Of a stretch of 64,000 nt of DNA, positions 23,880-38,268 are shown piece after piece (the first letter of the stretch is position 1; each line of letters opens with the position of its first letter). The stretch covers positions 15,750,905-15,814,904 of the forward strand of contig NC_069004.1 in NCBI RefSeq assembly GCF_001194135.2, written 5' to 3'. A program made the position numbers and the translations under genes. The notes under the pieces are model-generated. The model searched no databases, was not told the DNA's origin, and was given only the letters and a program-made list of their open reading frames with translations. This stretch comes from Octopus bimaculoides. Lineage: Eukaryota.

Positions 23880-26800
23880 GTCGTGTGATGTGTATGGATG
23901 AGGATATCTGCATAAAAAAGTGGAAGCACAGGAAGACATTGGATAGAGGAGTGAAAGGAGGACCTCAACATGCTGAGTCTCACAGAGGAGATGACAAAGG
24001 AGTGTTGAGGAGACTCATCCATCACAGTAAAAATGACCATCCTAAAATCACTCTTCTAACCCATTCTGCCCTGTCAAGTATTACCTTTCACCTCATTCCT
24101 CTAACACCCTGTCCCCTCATCACTCCATCTAAGGCAGCTGAAATCATTTGAGAGCAAAATCAGCACATATTTATTTTGCACTGCCAGCCGTCTCATCTCC
24201 CTCTAGAACCTTCCTTCCCTTTTTTTCCCTTTCTCTCTTTTCCAGCTTACATATCTACTGTTATTCTCAATACACTCTCATATCCACCATCATGCCACGT
24301 TCGCTATATACACCCTTATATGCCCCCACATTACCCTCTCCATTGCTCCTACACTTTGCACATCATCTCCCTGCCTTATTTATCCTCCTTCCTGAGTCAC
24401 TGTTATCTCTCTTACCCTTCCCCCTCTCTGATATTTCCCACCAATTGCATCTCTGCTCTTGCACATCATTCCTTTCATCTTCTTTTATCCCCTCTCTAAC
24501 CATCCGTTACTTTCTCCTCACATCCTTATGAAATTACTCACCCTTCACCTTCCCTTCATCAACTGACCATATCCTCTCCTATCCTCAGACCTACCTTGAG
24601 ATTTGCTCTGGCACACCGTCATTACAATCTTTCTTTATTTTCATCTTCCCAATCCCTACTACCTACCCTTATAATGTGGCTTAGACATGTATCTCCTCTG
24701 TAGCATGACACCTGTTCTTGTTGATCTATTATTAGCTTCTCAGCACCTGACATAAAGTTGCCCTCCCTCCCACACACACACTTAGTCATGGGGTGCTTTT
24801 CTTGTTCTTTTCTATCTTGCAACTTACTTGGTAACCTCAATAGTACTGGTGATATGAAAAAAGCACTCAGTACACATTGTAAAGTGGTTGGCATTAGGAA
24901 GGGCATATAACTGTAGAATACATGTCAAAACTGACAGTGGCATTTGGTGTGGCCCTGCAGCTTGCTGGATCCTGTCAACCATCCAACTCATTCCAACATG
25001 GAAAACAGATGTTAACTGACAATGATAATGATTCAACCCCACAACTTTCTTGTCAGAACAGTAATGGAGTCATGTGCACTTGAAAACTTCTAACCCAGTC
25101 TCTCTACCCGTCACTGAAGAACTTTCTTTTGTGATACTCAATCTTAATTGAGTGCTTTTTCTTGATCTATAACTGAAATTTTGCAAACTTATTTTACTGA
25201 AATTAGTGGGTACCTGTAACCAAAAAGAATTTCAATTCAGGCTGAGCTATATTTGACCAGTTGCTGCATCTAGATATGGACATAGCTGCTCCAGTATTAC
25301 ATGTGACAAGAAAGAGAAAGAGATAAAAATAACTGGAAATTTCTTTAAGACAAACTACAAGTTCTCTAACTGTTTGTAAAGTTCCAACCATATGGAAAGT
25401 GACATGGTGGTGAAATAGTACTGTAAATAAAACTATTAAAGCTAAGAGACAACTCTTAGACAGACAAGAAGAAAAGGGGCAGCACCATCAAGTAGCTAAA
25501 CATCAGATATACTTAGCAAAGGAAGAAACTGAGGTCTCCACATATTCTATATCCACATATTCTATATCATGACAATCAGAGGCATGGAGTAATCTAGGTT
25601 GCAAAAGAAAATAGGCATTCAGGTAAATATGTTCAGAATGATAATGGTAGGTACACTTGCTTTTACTGCTGCTAAAATGGAAGATGCAATTACAGGAGGT
25701 TGACTGAGGAGTATACATATGAGAGAGAAAGCTTACCACATGTAGATCCAATAAAGGCCTCAGTCATTTAAGTTGAAAGCAGCACTGACACAAGTGAAAT
25801 GAATATATAAATGGGAGTTATGTTCTCTAAGAACAAAAGTCACATGTTAGTCATTCACATAATCAAGGAGGTGTCAGTGATTGGCAAAGCAGTATTACTG
25901 TCAACTGCTACTAAGGCAAATGAAATGCACTAGAATGAGGTAATTACAGAAACATCAAATTGATGGACCACTTTTACTAAAAGAGTTATAGAACAAACTG
26001 ATTAGGAACAGAATTAACTTGGATGAGTTGCAATTCAGCCTTATGGTAAAAAGAGATGCCATTGATCCTCTTTTCATAAGACAGTTGTAAAAGTGGTACT
26101 TTAGTAGGTGCAAACCACTATATCTGGCATTTGTCAACCTGAAGCAGGCATTTACCAGGGGTTCCCCATTCTACATATAGTTCAATGGCTATTAATGAAA
26201 TCTTGGGTTCATGAATGGCTTGAGAGAGATGTAGATAGGGGGCTGTCAGTGCACAGTTTTCAACTCTCTTTTAATATTCCAAGTCAAAGCAGAGGAATTT
26301 AATTAAGACTAGCTACCCATGGGAATTTTTATATACTGAATCTGTAGAAGATTTAGCAACAACATTGCAGACCTAGAAGCAAAAAAAAAAATTAAGAGGC
26401 CTCAAAGTAAATTTAGCAAGTTAGAAATGGAGTGGTACCCTGTTACTGTGAAGAAAATGACCATGCTCAGTATCCAGAAAAAGAGCAAGTTGAAATTTTG
26501 TATGGCGTACCAAGTGTAAACTGTGGATGCACAGGAGGGATACCACCATCACAAGCAAGCTGACAGTGAACAGATGCACAGAAGTATTTCATAGTTAGAA
26601 TATACACTATAAATTCTCTCTGATGCTTGGAAGGATCATGCCAATGTTAATCAGGTTGCAGAAACTATCTAAATTAACATTGGAGATGATTGGCCTGAAA
26701 ATTCTACAAAATGGTTCATTCTCAAGTACATTATATGATGCCTGTGTATGCTCTAAGGTATTAAAATGTGTACCTTGAATGCAGATGATTTGTAAAGACT

Positions 26801-26920
26801 TGAAAGAGATGAAGCAAGCATTCTCCATTGAATGTGTAATATTAGCATGCATGAATAACAAGGTACAGTTGAACTGAGAAAAAAGCTGGAAATAAGATTT
26901 AGATATAATGTACAAAAGAG
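23880..26920 (+). mobile_element. Scattered RTE-clade LINE fragments (23880-24030, 24880-25040, 25950-26920)
   Basis: KTLDRGVK..LNMLSLTEEMT, an RTE-type 3' UTR ending catggaaaacagatgttaa, and IRNRINLDELQF; interleaved with unrelated low-complexity DNA. Confidence 0.5.
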
Positions 26921-27289
26921 AGAACTTAAATAAACAAGGCAATATATAAATGAAGTTTATATGCACACATTTTTACTTTGGAAATATGAGTCAAATATTA
27001 CAGCACTGCAAAATGTGTGTGGTTCATTAAGTAGATATTTACTTCAATATGTAATTTCAATTCAATCACTAATAAGAAATTCAAAATTGTTCCTCTGACA
27101 ATGAGAATATAAATTCAAATAATGATCTACCTTTTTCTTATCACTCAAGGTTAGTCAAGGCAGAAAGAGGCTGATGTTTTGTTTGATACTTTTGTGTTTT
27201 TTGCTTTTCAATAATCATAGTTTTTGCATCAAAGACTTCTTAGTTTTTAGTAATTATTTGTTGGTGTAACAATTTATGGCAATATTTAA

Positions 27290-27737
27290 TATATGGATAG
27301 AATTTTGCTTTAAGCACGCCATATAACTCCCTCATAACTTTTTTGAATTTTCAGAAAATGTTTACAAATTTGTATTCTACACATGGGAATTCATACAAAT
27401 ATGAAAAAAGATTTTCTTTTTAATTTAAAAAATTTTTTGTTAAAAATTCAGTTTAAAATATGGACAATCCAAATTTTTTGCTTAATCTTATGGGGAGAAA
27501 GATATTGAAAAATATCAGAATGACAAACAAATGAGGGTATCAGGTGGTCATGAGATGTGCTAAAAATAAAAGCTAAATAGCTCTTAAATCACACACAAAA
27601 AGTTTTTTTTTTACTTTTGCATAATTGTGTGAATTTCCATGTGTAGAACACAAATTCACAAAAAGTTTTTGTAAATTCCCCAAAAATAAAAGCTATGAGG
27701 CATTATATGGGGTGCTTAAAGCAGAATTCAGCCAATA
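27290..27737. mobile_element. Non-autonomous TIR element (MITE-like) with about 120-bp terminal inverted repeats
   Basis: gaattttgctttaagcacgccatata...ttctacacatgggaattcatacaaatatg (27300-27405) is the diverged reverse complement of cataattgtgtgaatttccatgtgtagaa...tatatggggtgcttaaagcagaattc (27620-27729). Confidence 0.75.
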
Positions 27738-28599
27738 TAAGTAGTAAAAGTTGGATGCAGTTTTTTTTCTGGCTTTTTATATTCTGTATTCAAATCCTGT
27801 CAAAAGCAACTTTGATTATTCTCCTTTGGGGTCAGTATGAGTCAAGTAATGTAGACGAAAATATTGACTAACACCCTCCTCTCAAAAATTGCTAGACTTG
27901 TGCCTAAATAAGAAACAATCATTATACATACATACACACATATTCTTTACCTTATTTTAGTTATTGAACTATAGACATGCTGGGGTACTGCCATAAAGAG
28001 TTTAGTTGAACAACTTGACCCCAGTAATTATTTTAAGTCTGGTACTTAATCCCCTTTTGCTAAATTGCTAAGTTAAGAAGACATAAATAAGCCAAAGCTA
28101 GTTGACCAACATTAAGAAGCATACACATATTTTATATGTACGTATGCATATATAAATATCAAACAAAGAGAATGAGTACTCAGCATCGCATTGGTGGATA
28201 AAGACTATTTGTGTATTAAGGCTACCATTGCTTTCATGTTAAGAAAATATCTCAACAGTTCTTCAAGCCAGTCACATAGAAAAGTTGGTGTTCATCTCCA
28301 TTTTGGATTAAAACTCGGGAAGTCACAAAGCCTTTGGTAAACAAAAGACAAGAAATCAAGAGGGTTGCGACTCTTGGATGATTATCTCCTTTGGGTTTGA
28401 CTTTTGGAAAAAATTGTGCTGAATGAGAAGTTTGTTTATATTATGTAATGTCCTCGGTATGTATAATGATTGTATATTTGTGTACTGAGGGATGTGTCTT
28501 CTATGTGTGGAGTTCGTATGATGCGTACATTTAATGTTTATGTTCAGAAAAAAAAAAAAAAAAACCTATCCTGGTTGGATCAGCGGAGTAGATGGTGAT

Positions 28600-28950
28600 T
28601 CCTCTTTGAAATGTCAGAGTGTGAAATATTGCTTATGCATGTAAAGAGAGAAGATTTTATCCCTAATGTTTAAGATGTTATCTTTTTATTGGATGATGTT
28701 GAGCTTTTCAGTAATGCAAAGCTCACATTTGGTACCCTGTTCCCTATATTTTCTGGCTTCAGTAATAATGTTTCATGTTATCTGGGGGTTACTTACTCCT
28801 CCTTTTTTCAATGTCCATATCGTATTGAATAAAGATGCCATATGTCCTTTTTTTTTTTTTGGTCTCTGAATGATGCTACATGCTGTGTGTCTTTCCTTGA
28901 ATGAGTTGCCTGTCATTCTGATATATGTCTTTCTTACTCTATTGGAGTCT
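28600..28950 (-). mobile_element. Penelope-like element GIY-YIG endonuclease fragment
   Basis: KTYIRMTGNSFKERH, SLFNTIWTLK, ITWNI and CELCITEKLNI match PLE GIY-YIG C-termini; frameshifted. Confidence 0.65.
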
Positions 28951-30345
28951 TGCACCCTCCACAACTCACACGCTCCCACCCAGACATTCCCACCCCTACC
29001 CCTACCCCTGAACCATCCACACCTCTACACGCCCCCACCCGGACATTCTCACCCCTATCCCCGACTCACCTATCAATTGCAACCTTCCCCCACTCACACC
29101 TCCTCTAACGACCTCACTCCCTCCACCACCCTACTCCCATGCACTGTAGTCACTATACCACTTGACCTTCCCTTGTCTGCTGCCAAATGCTCACTCCTCG
29201 GCCTGCAATTGCTCCACAGAATTCATCTCTAAATATCTTGGACCTCATCCTGTCCCCTTTAGTTACTAGCCTCCCATCCCATATACATGACACCAATCAC
29301 GCCCTTCATCTTTTCAATTCCTTCATGCTTCCTCTTCACCTTGGACATCAAATCCCTATACACAGTGATCCTCCACAACGACGGTTTCTTAGTCTCCCAA
29401 TACTTCCCCGACCATCGCCCCGACCCCACATACAGCACCTCCACCCTTCTCCGTCTGGCAGAACTTGTCCTCACTTGACGTTCGCGGGGGAATTTTTTTA
29501 ACAATAATTGTCTGGCGTCGCTATGGGAATGAGAATGGACCCCAATTTCGCCAACCTATTTGTTGGTTACATTGATGCCCAAGTATTCTTCCAATTCTCC
29601 TGACCGACCCCAGAGCTACATAGACGATTGAATAAGTGCCACCTTCCTCTCCCATGAACAACTCTCCACTTTCATCTCTAACTTTGACCCTTCTCTCCAA
29701 TTTACCTCTACCATCTCCGACACCTCTGTAAACTTCCTAGATATCTCTCTCACCATTGACCTCCCCTCTCAGGATTTTGAAACCCAGTCCCAGTACCTGG
29801 CCCGCCTGTTCATACATCGAGGATATGCATCCCCCGTCGTCCAAACTATCCTTTTCTGTGCTCGTCCAATCGCTCGTACTACCACCCTCTCTCCTTCCCA
29901 GACTGATCCCCCAACCACATACCCTTCCCCTCCTTTTCCACCCTCCACCCTACCCATTCGTTGGAGGATCCCACGGGCTTTCCATGGTCTCCATCTTGAT
30001 CCCACCACCTGCCCCATTTTCCCCAACCCATCTTTGCCCTCCTTTAAATGCGCCTGTAACCTACGCGATCTACTGGTCCGTAGTACCTTCCCCTCTTCCA
30101 TCCCAACCCAGTCTGGATCCTTCCCTTACTCTAGATCTCCCTGCCACACCTGTCCTTTCATCACCAACACCACCTCCCTCACTACATCCAACCAGCACAT
30201 CTTCCACATTAGAAACTCCTTCTCCTGTACTTCTTCCAGCCTTATCTATTGCATCAGATGTAATCTCTGCAATAAACTCTATGTTGCTCAGACGGGCTGC
30301 CGACTGGCCGACCGGTTCACTGAACATCTACGAACACCCCCTATA
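28950..30345 (+). mobile_element. Penelope-like element (Neptune-type Cys linker), degraded RT plus GIY-YIG
   Basis: FTLDIKSLYT, LRLAELVLT, SGVAMG and NFANLFVG (RT); PCHTCPFI linker; FSCTSSSLIYCIRCNLCNKLYVAQTGCRLADRFTEHLR (GIY-YIG); multiple stops and frameshifts. Confidence 0.85.
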
Positions 30346-30664
30346 GACCCTCTATAGACTGTTCAGCAACTTTTTCCAATTGTGTATTTTCAGAAATTAG
30401 TTTCTTTGATTGTAATGTATAACCAGTAAATCCTGGTTCAAAGAAACTAATTTCTAGTCATAGTCCTAAATAGAAAGGCGTCTTATAGTGTCAGCCACGA
30501 TAGTCTTGACTCAACGTACGTTATTCCAAATGACCGTTCACTCTCCTCCTTTCCTGTCAAATGCGCATGTTCTTTATATCAAGAGAAGTCATTCGAATCC
30601 TAGCACAATTTGCATAACAGTTACAAATCGCTATTATAAATTGAACAACGTATAATTTGCATAA

Positions 30665-31360
30665 CAAAAGTGGTATCAAAAAGTTCTCTACCAGTTCTGT
30701 AGCACACCAACAAATGGCAGTAAATGGTTGCGTGTGCAGTGAGAGCAAGCAGTGACCTTCATGAGGCAGTGTGCTAAATGACACCACTATGTTTTCTTCG
30801 CAAGTTGTGAAATTTGTGTTTTTGTGATCAAATATATGCTGTAGTTTGCGATTGTTGTCATGGATAGGAAGTTGGAACAAAGTGCCAATGTGAAACCTTG
30901 CATTAAACTTGGGAAGTCTGCTACAAAGACATTGAGTATGCTTCAGCAAGCTTACAATGGGTCATATGTAATGTTTTGAGTAGCATGGGCACTTCAAAAG
31001 CAGAACTTCCCTGGAAGATGTGCCACAAGTGTCAGCCCCAGAAATGTGGGGAAAATTCATCAGCTTGTACATGAGAATCATTGGAGGACAGTCAATAAAA
31101 TTTTGAAGCATTTGAGTGAGGGCATTCCGCAAAAGCAACCAGATATGTGGAACATGAAAGATGGGATTCTTCATGACAACAATGCACCCTATCACCGAGT
31201 TCTCCTCACTCATAGGTTTCTCGCCAAAGACAACATGATATCACTTCTGCACCTGCCCTATTCACCAGATTTAGCATCTGTGGACTCCCATCTCTTTCCT
31301 AAGATGAAAATGTAGCTCAAAGGTTGCCATTTTAACACTGTTGCCGAGATCAAGATTGAA
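30665..31360 (+). mobile_element. Internally deleted mariner element
   Basis: TIR-like gtggtatcaaaaagttc; MDRKLEQ..N HTH start; HDNNAPYH and LPYSPDLAS catalytic motifs; middle missing. Confidence 0.85.
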
Positions 31361-32589
31361 TTGCGTAATTTATATATATTTTAGTTAGGTAGTTGGTATT
31401 GTACAAAAATATACTCCAGCTAATTGCCAGAAGAATGAATATAATAACTTTTTTTGTGCATGTGTCTGTGCTGTAACAAGGTCCCTTCATTGTTCTACAG
31501 CTGATAAATTATAATTCTTTCCATAGGACATTCTGAAAATGACCATTCCATTAAAATCTGAAATATTTAACACACATTTTGATCAATGTAATGACTCAAC
31601 TAGACCAGTGCTGGAGTCCACTACAACAAAGCTTCCTAAGTTAAACAGTATTGCATTCTGGGTGTGGTGAAAACTTTTATCTCACATCTAGAGACAAAGG
31701 GAACAGTGGAGGAGGGGTTCAATAGATGCATCTGTACAGTTTTTAGTCTTTGTCTCCTATTTTCATATTAGTGTTTAAAAGAAAACTGTAGTGTTAGGAT
31801 AAATTGCTTTTTAGCCACAATCACAACAGCATCAATATTAACAATAAACATCTAAATGTAGATAAGCAAATTAACAAATCTAAATATACACCACATATCT
31901 TTGTATTTTATCTTTTATTTGTTTCAATCATTGTTATTGAATGAATCAGCCACAGTATTTATTTTATAAGTTTGCTACATATTTTTAAAGTCTGGCACTT
32001 ATCTTATCATCTCTTTAGCTGAACTGCAAAGTTACAGGGCCAGTTATCAAGAAATGGACGAGACAAATACAGATGCAAAGATATACATACATGCACATGC
32101 ACATGCATATGTGCATAGAATACAGACATACATATTGTTGACATCATAAGAATCTATAAACATTTGAAAGAACATGAAATAATTCTTTTTTAGAAAAGTG
32201 GATCTTGAAGCACATAAAACTATAAATAATAGCATTTAAGTATTGGATAGAATGTCTGTCATTTCTACAAGCAATGTGGATTCATATCCCATGAGCAACC
32301 TTTGATTTTTTCTATTTAAAAAGGATATTTTTCGACCCAATATTTACATCCTATTATTTATAGCTTTATGTGCTTTGAGATCCACTATTCCAAAATGGAT
32401 ACACACACATATATATACATACATATATATATACACACAAGTGAGCGTGGACAACCAATCTTACTCTAACAACATCATGTGACCCACCTTCTTGTATTTT
32501 TTAATCATTTGTAATGTTCCTGGAAAAGGCATCTACATTCACCAATGTATGTTACAGTGAAATGCTGGCCAACAAACTGAAACCAAAAA

Positions 32590-32985
32590 TTTGCATCAAA
32601 TGCCAAGGTCTGTTGACAAAGCAAGTGCCCTTATTGCTTTGATAATGCATGCCCACATAGGTCCACCAACACCACTGAAACCATTGAAAACTTGGGTTTC
32701 AAATTGCTGTTACAATGAATCCAGATCTATGACTTCTTTGGACTGCTCAAACATTCTTTGTGAATTTGCTATGGAAGAAGAAGCACAGAAAGTGGTGCAT
32801 AAATGGCTGTGCAACCAGGTGAAAACCTTTCCCAATGGAGTAATCAAGTTTGTGGACTGCTGGAAGAAGTGCATAAAGAGGCAAGGAGATTATGTAAAAA
32901 AAATGATCTAGCTGTGCTTTTGTTTTAATAAATTAAAGAAACAAGAGTGCTGTATAATTTTTGACTTAACCTCAAATCTATATAT
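32590..32985 (+). mobile_element. Mariner transposase 3' fragment
   Basis: EEAQKVVHKWL...NGVIKFVDCWKKCIKRQGDYVKK is the characteristic mariner C-terminus. Confidence 0.75.
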
Positions 32986-33001
32986 TAATTGAAGTGCACA
33001 A

Positions 33002-33469
33002 TATTTTATGTCCATTACAGTTGATCTTACCAATCAGTTTCAGACTAGGGGTTCAATAGAATGTTGGGTAACAACCTGATTATGTAACCTTGTGCTCTTC
33101 AGAGATGGCAGTTATGGAATGAAATATGGTGACTGCTCTCTATTGTTGGAGGTGAACAGACACATCTAGTTTATAGTTGCAGTGAAAAAGATGATGAAAT
33201 GAACCATGTACGGGTTAAGTTAAGAGTTATGTCCCTTGGTACCAAAGGACATAACTCTTAACCTTTGTGTGGTTTCATCATCTTTTTCACAGAAAGCACA
33301 AACAAGATGTGTCTGTTCACCTCCAACAATAGAGAGCAGTCGCCATATTTCATTCCATAACTGTCATCTTTGAAGAATGCAAGATTACATAATTGGGCTA
33401 TCATCCAACACCCTGGTGAACCCCCAGTGCAAAACTGATTGGTAAGACCAGCTATAATGGATATATAAT
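33002..33469. repeat. About 470-bp loopless fold-back palindrome
   Basis: Centre ttggt|accaa at 33240/33241; arms remain complementary with scattered substitutions and small indels out to about 33002 and 33469. Confidence 0.9.
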
Positions 33470-33577
33470 ACTGTACACTTTGATTAATATGCCCACTCTA
33501 TTGGCAAATATACAAGTGCATATCTTTTCTGACTTATAGATTCTTGGATGTCTATACACACACGTACGTGCGTGCGT

Positions 33578-33617
<40 letters not shown>

Positions 33618-33831
33618 ACACAATTATATTTAAAACACCATATTTGATGGCATATAAGATGCAGTTTTTCCTCAAAAAATGTCTCCAAAAAATGACCCTG
33701 GGTCTTATATGTAAAGTTGGGTTTCCTATAAGCTAATTTTGTCTTTGATACTGTTTTTCCTGGATATGTGCTGCAGAAATTGGAGTGATATTAATATACC
33801 AGTACATCTTTTATGCCACCAAATTCAGTGA

Positions 33832-33871
<40 letters not shown>

Positions 33872-34502
33872 TACATACATATATATGCATATATATATAT
33901 ACATACGCAGACACACACACACACTCTCACATATATACATTCATACATATATGCATAAACATATAATATAATATTAAAATACATAGATATGTGCAAATAA
34001 TGGCTGTGGAAAGTGAATTTGCCTTGCGGCCTCATGGTTCCTGGTTGATCTTTCATGGCACCTTGAACTGTCTTTTTTTTCTAATAATGTTCACTGATAG
34101 CTTGTGCATGGAATTTGCTTCACAAAATCTGTGCAAAAGACCTCTGTGTTTACAGACACACACACACAAATGTATATATATATTCATACAAATCATGTTA
34201 CCCTGAGGAAGCTCCCTCATTACAGTTGTTTGCTCCCAAGTCAGTCATATGAAGAGATATATCATTATTAAAAAAATAACTTTCCAGCTGTGACTATGTA
34301 ATCTTCATTCTTTTCACCATTTGACAGCTGAGTTATGTTTCAAAGTATGTCAACCAATATTCAAAAGATTACAATAGCTGGTTTGGCACTAAAAGAGACA
34401 CATTTTCTACATTTGAGTTGAACATAGCATTTGTTAGGAGTTTTAGATTTAATAAAAATTATACTATTTGTATGAAAAATCTACTTTAGATTTTTGCTTC
34501 CT

Positions 34503-34547
<45 letters not shown>

Positions 34548-36774
34548 NNNNNNNNNNNNNNNNNNNNNNNNNNNNNNNNNNNNNNNNNNNNNNNNNNNNN
34601 NNNNNNNNNNNNNNNNNNNNNNNNNNNNNNNNNNNNNNNNNNNNNNNNNNNNNNNNNNNNNNNNNNNNNNNNNNNNNNNNNNNNNNNNNNNNNNNNNNNN
34701 NNNNNNNNNNNNNNNNNNNNNNNNNNNNNNNNNNNNNNNNNNNNNNNNNNNNNNNNNNNNNNNNNNNNNNNNNNNNNNNNNNNNNNNNNNNNNNNNNNNN
34801 NNNNNNNNNNNNNNNNNNNNNNNNNNNNNNNNNNNNNNNNNNNNNNNNNNNNNNNNNNNNNNNNNNNNNNNNNNNNNNNNNNNNNNNNNNNNNNNNNNNN
34901 NNNNNNNNNNNTATGATAATAATAATAATTTCCAATTCTAGCCATAAGGGCAGCTTGTGTGTAGGGGATTAAGTCAATTACATCGACCCCAGTGTGTAAA
35001 TGGTACTTATTTAATCGACCCCAAAAGAATGAAAGGAAATTTCAACCTTGGCAGAATTTGAACTCAGTATGTAGCGATGGGTGAAATACCACTAGGCATT
35101 TCGCCCAGCGTGCTAATGATTCTGCCAGTTCACCATCTTTATAATAATCCTTTCTACTATATTTATAAGGCCTGAAATTTTGAACGAGGAGGCCAGTCAA
35201 TTAGATCAACCTAGTACGCAACTGGTACTTAATTTATTGACCCCGAAAGGATGAAAAGCAAAGTCAACCTTGGTGGAATTTGAATTCAGAACATAGCAAC
35301 AGGTGAAATACCACTAAGCATTTCATACAGTGTGTTAGCAATTCTGCCAGCTTTCCCAGTATGTAATAATAATAATAATAATAATAGTTTCAAATTTTGG
35401 TACAAGGCCAGTAATTTTAGGAATGGGGTAGAGTTGATAATATTGACCCCTGCTTCCCCAAGCTCAACAACTACTATATTTTATCGATCCTGAAAGGATG
35501 AAAGGCAAAGTTGGTCTTAGCAGAATATGAATTTAGAATGTAAAGAGCCTGAAAAAATATTGGCACAGAGCCAAAAATTTGCGAGAGGGGTGTTAGTCAG
35601 TCACATTTAACCTGGTATTTAACTGGTACTGTAATAATCATAACAATAATTTCCAGGTAATGCTCATTGCCTTAATAACAAAGATAATACTGATTCTTTT
35701 TGTAAAAATCATAAATTTCCACAAGGAGAATCAAACCCCAGTCACCAGCATGACAACCAGGGATTCTTATCACTGTACTACCAAACGCTTTGGTAGAGCC
35801 ATTAAAGTCACTTATGAAATTACAAATTGTTATATTCACAATTTTTCTTATTAATACAGTCCATGTCAATCGCTAAAGCTAGGGTCACTGGATAGTACTG
35901 CACCCTCACTATTCAATGGTGCACCCTCTGATTTAGAAAATACAGTTTACAAAATCTTCCAGCAATACAAATTAGTGCCCATCCAGAATATTCCAAAGCA
36001 TCCCCAGGCACCAAAGTTTGGCAACAGGCTTGATACAGTCTGTTATGAAGGGTCAAAAAGTTTTGCTGCACTTCTTCAACTCATAATTCCACTCTGCTTT
36101 TGTATATTATTAAGAAATAAATAAAAAGTGAATATTTATCAGTTTACTTGTGTTTCTAAATAGATACTGGGGCTCTTCTGTTATGGAATTGTTTTGGTTT
36201 CAACACAATCTCAGAACAAGTCACTTGTCATCATACAAATATAACTCTGATATCTACAATAATTTTGGCTTCTAATGGTGAAGGCTGCTCTTGGAATATT
36301 AAAACTCATGGACAGCTGTTAAAAAGTAAAGATATGTGTTGTTATAGAAAACTTATCCAACCCTTGCAAGCACAGAAAAACAGACATATGATGATGATGA
36401 TGATTCAAGAAAGCCAACTTTGCCTTTCATTATTCTGGGAGTCAATAAAATAAAATATCGGAGGCAATTTGACTGTTGTTCATGTCACCTAGAACTTTTC
36501 CAGACAATGAATCTGCAGCTGAAAATCCAAAATAGTCCCTCTTAGCGCTGCTTGCACTTTAAGGGCAGTGAAAGACACATCAATGGAACAATGTCACACT
36601 AATTCTGTAATTAACAGAAACATGTGGTATGCCCATCATTGTGTCATATGAGGAAGCCTCATCATTAATGAACCATAGAAAATTTCAAAGATGGAAGATT
36701 ATTTTTAAAATTAGAAATATTGGGTAACTTTACGTTGAAAGTTCTGTTATGTACATATCCCACCAACCACTGAC

Positions 36775-36974
36775 TCACAAGGTTTGAGGAAATTGGCATT
36801 TTGGTTCAACCAAAATGAAATCATTACAAACAGTTTTTTTCTCTTTAGGAGCCTTGAACAAATTACCGTAGAGAAATATGTAGATTGTACTAAGAATTAA
36901 AGTTGAAAAGAATGTCCATCCAGCAAATGCTATGAAGGTTGTATCATATGATTTGGTGACATCTCGGATATAAC
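36775..36974 (-). CDS. SLC16/MCT-family transporter terminal exon (TM12 and C-tail, TGA)
   Basis: Acceptor ctttttttgtcttcatgcag; 200 nt, phase 1 to stop. Encodes (G)YIRDVTKSYDTTFIAFAGWTFFSTLILSTIYIFLYGNLFKAPKEKKTVCNDFILVEPKCQFPQTL*, with the SLC16-type GxxxDxTxSY motif. Absent from the ORF track. Confidence 0.88.
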
Positions 36975-38195
36975 CTGCATGAAGACAAAAAAAGTGTTAA
37001 AAAGAAATGATGAAAAATAAAATTAATTACAAAATAGGCACAGTGTGGTTATGTGGTAAGAAGTTGGAGTGAATACCACAAGACATTTTGTCTAATGATC
37101 TACTGACTGCAAATTCACATTATATAATCTATAATTTACTAACTGATAGGTTATTTGAAAGTAGGAAACAAGAGGACTGGCAAAATTTATTTGCATTAAT
37201 TTAACAATACAAATGGGTATCACTGACAGTGATGTAGTGTGCTCACCAAACTGGTTGTCTCCATCTTTAAACATAACATTACTTTGGTTACAATAACTAC
37301 CTCTATATAAACTGGAAACCCAGTGCAATTCACACATCATATACACCCCACACTAATTGTTTCTATGTTGCTTTTCTTGTACTTTGTATGAGAAAACCAT
37401 TTTATCACTGACATACAGATAAGTTTGCCGTGATGGAAGAAATGCGTCAAAATATTTTGTCCACTTGCACCGATCAATCATCCTGAACCCTGGATGGATA
37501 CTTTATTTTATTGGCCCCCAAAAGGATAAAAGTTGGCCTTGGTGAGACTTGAACTCAGAACATAAAAAGCCAGAATAAATATTGCCAAGCATTTTGTTCA
37601 ATACACTAACACTTCTACTAATTCACAACCCTTAATTTTCAGTAGATCTTTTGATGTCTTGCCAAGGTCTCTGTTAACTTTTCAAATACCCTACTGCTAA
37701 TCTTCAACCACTGCAGCTCTGCAAATAGCAATAATATTTGTCACATGTTTTGTTTCCAGTAATAGGGGTGTGTGTGTGTGTGTGTGTGTGCGTGGCTGGG
37801 TGGTTAAGAAGTTTGCTTCACAGCCACATAGTTCTGGATTCACCATATATACACATATCTCACAACCATACACACACGATCACCATGTACACGCATCTCA
37901 CCAGCATGCACAGACATCTCACTATCTTACACACACATAACATCACCATGTACACATTTATCTCACCACCTTATATACATGTCTCACCACATGTATACAT
38001 GTTTCATCACCATGTACACCCTGTCACCCAGTGTAAACACTTGTCTAATCATTCTGACTTAGCAGTGTGACTAACCCAGACAATGTATCTTCCAACACAG
38101 TTAATTGCTATTTTCATCAAATCATTCAATCTCTTTCTGTCTGTCTGTTTCTCTCCTTCTCTTCCTCTCCTGTCTGTCTGTCTGGCACTCACACG

Positions 38196-38268
<73 letters not shown>

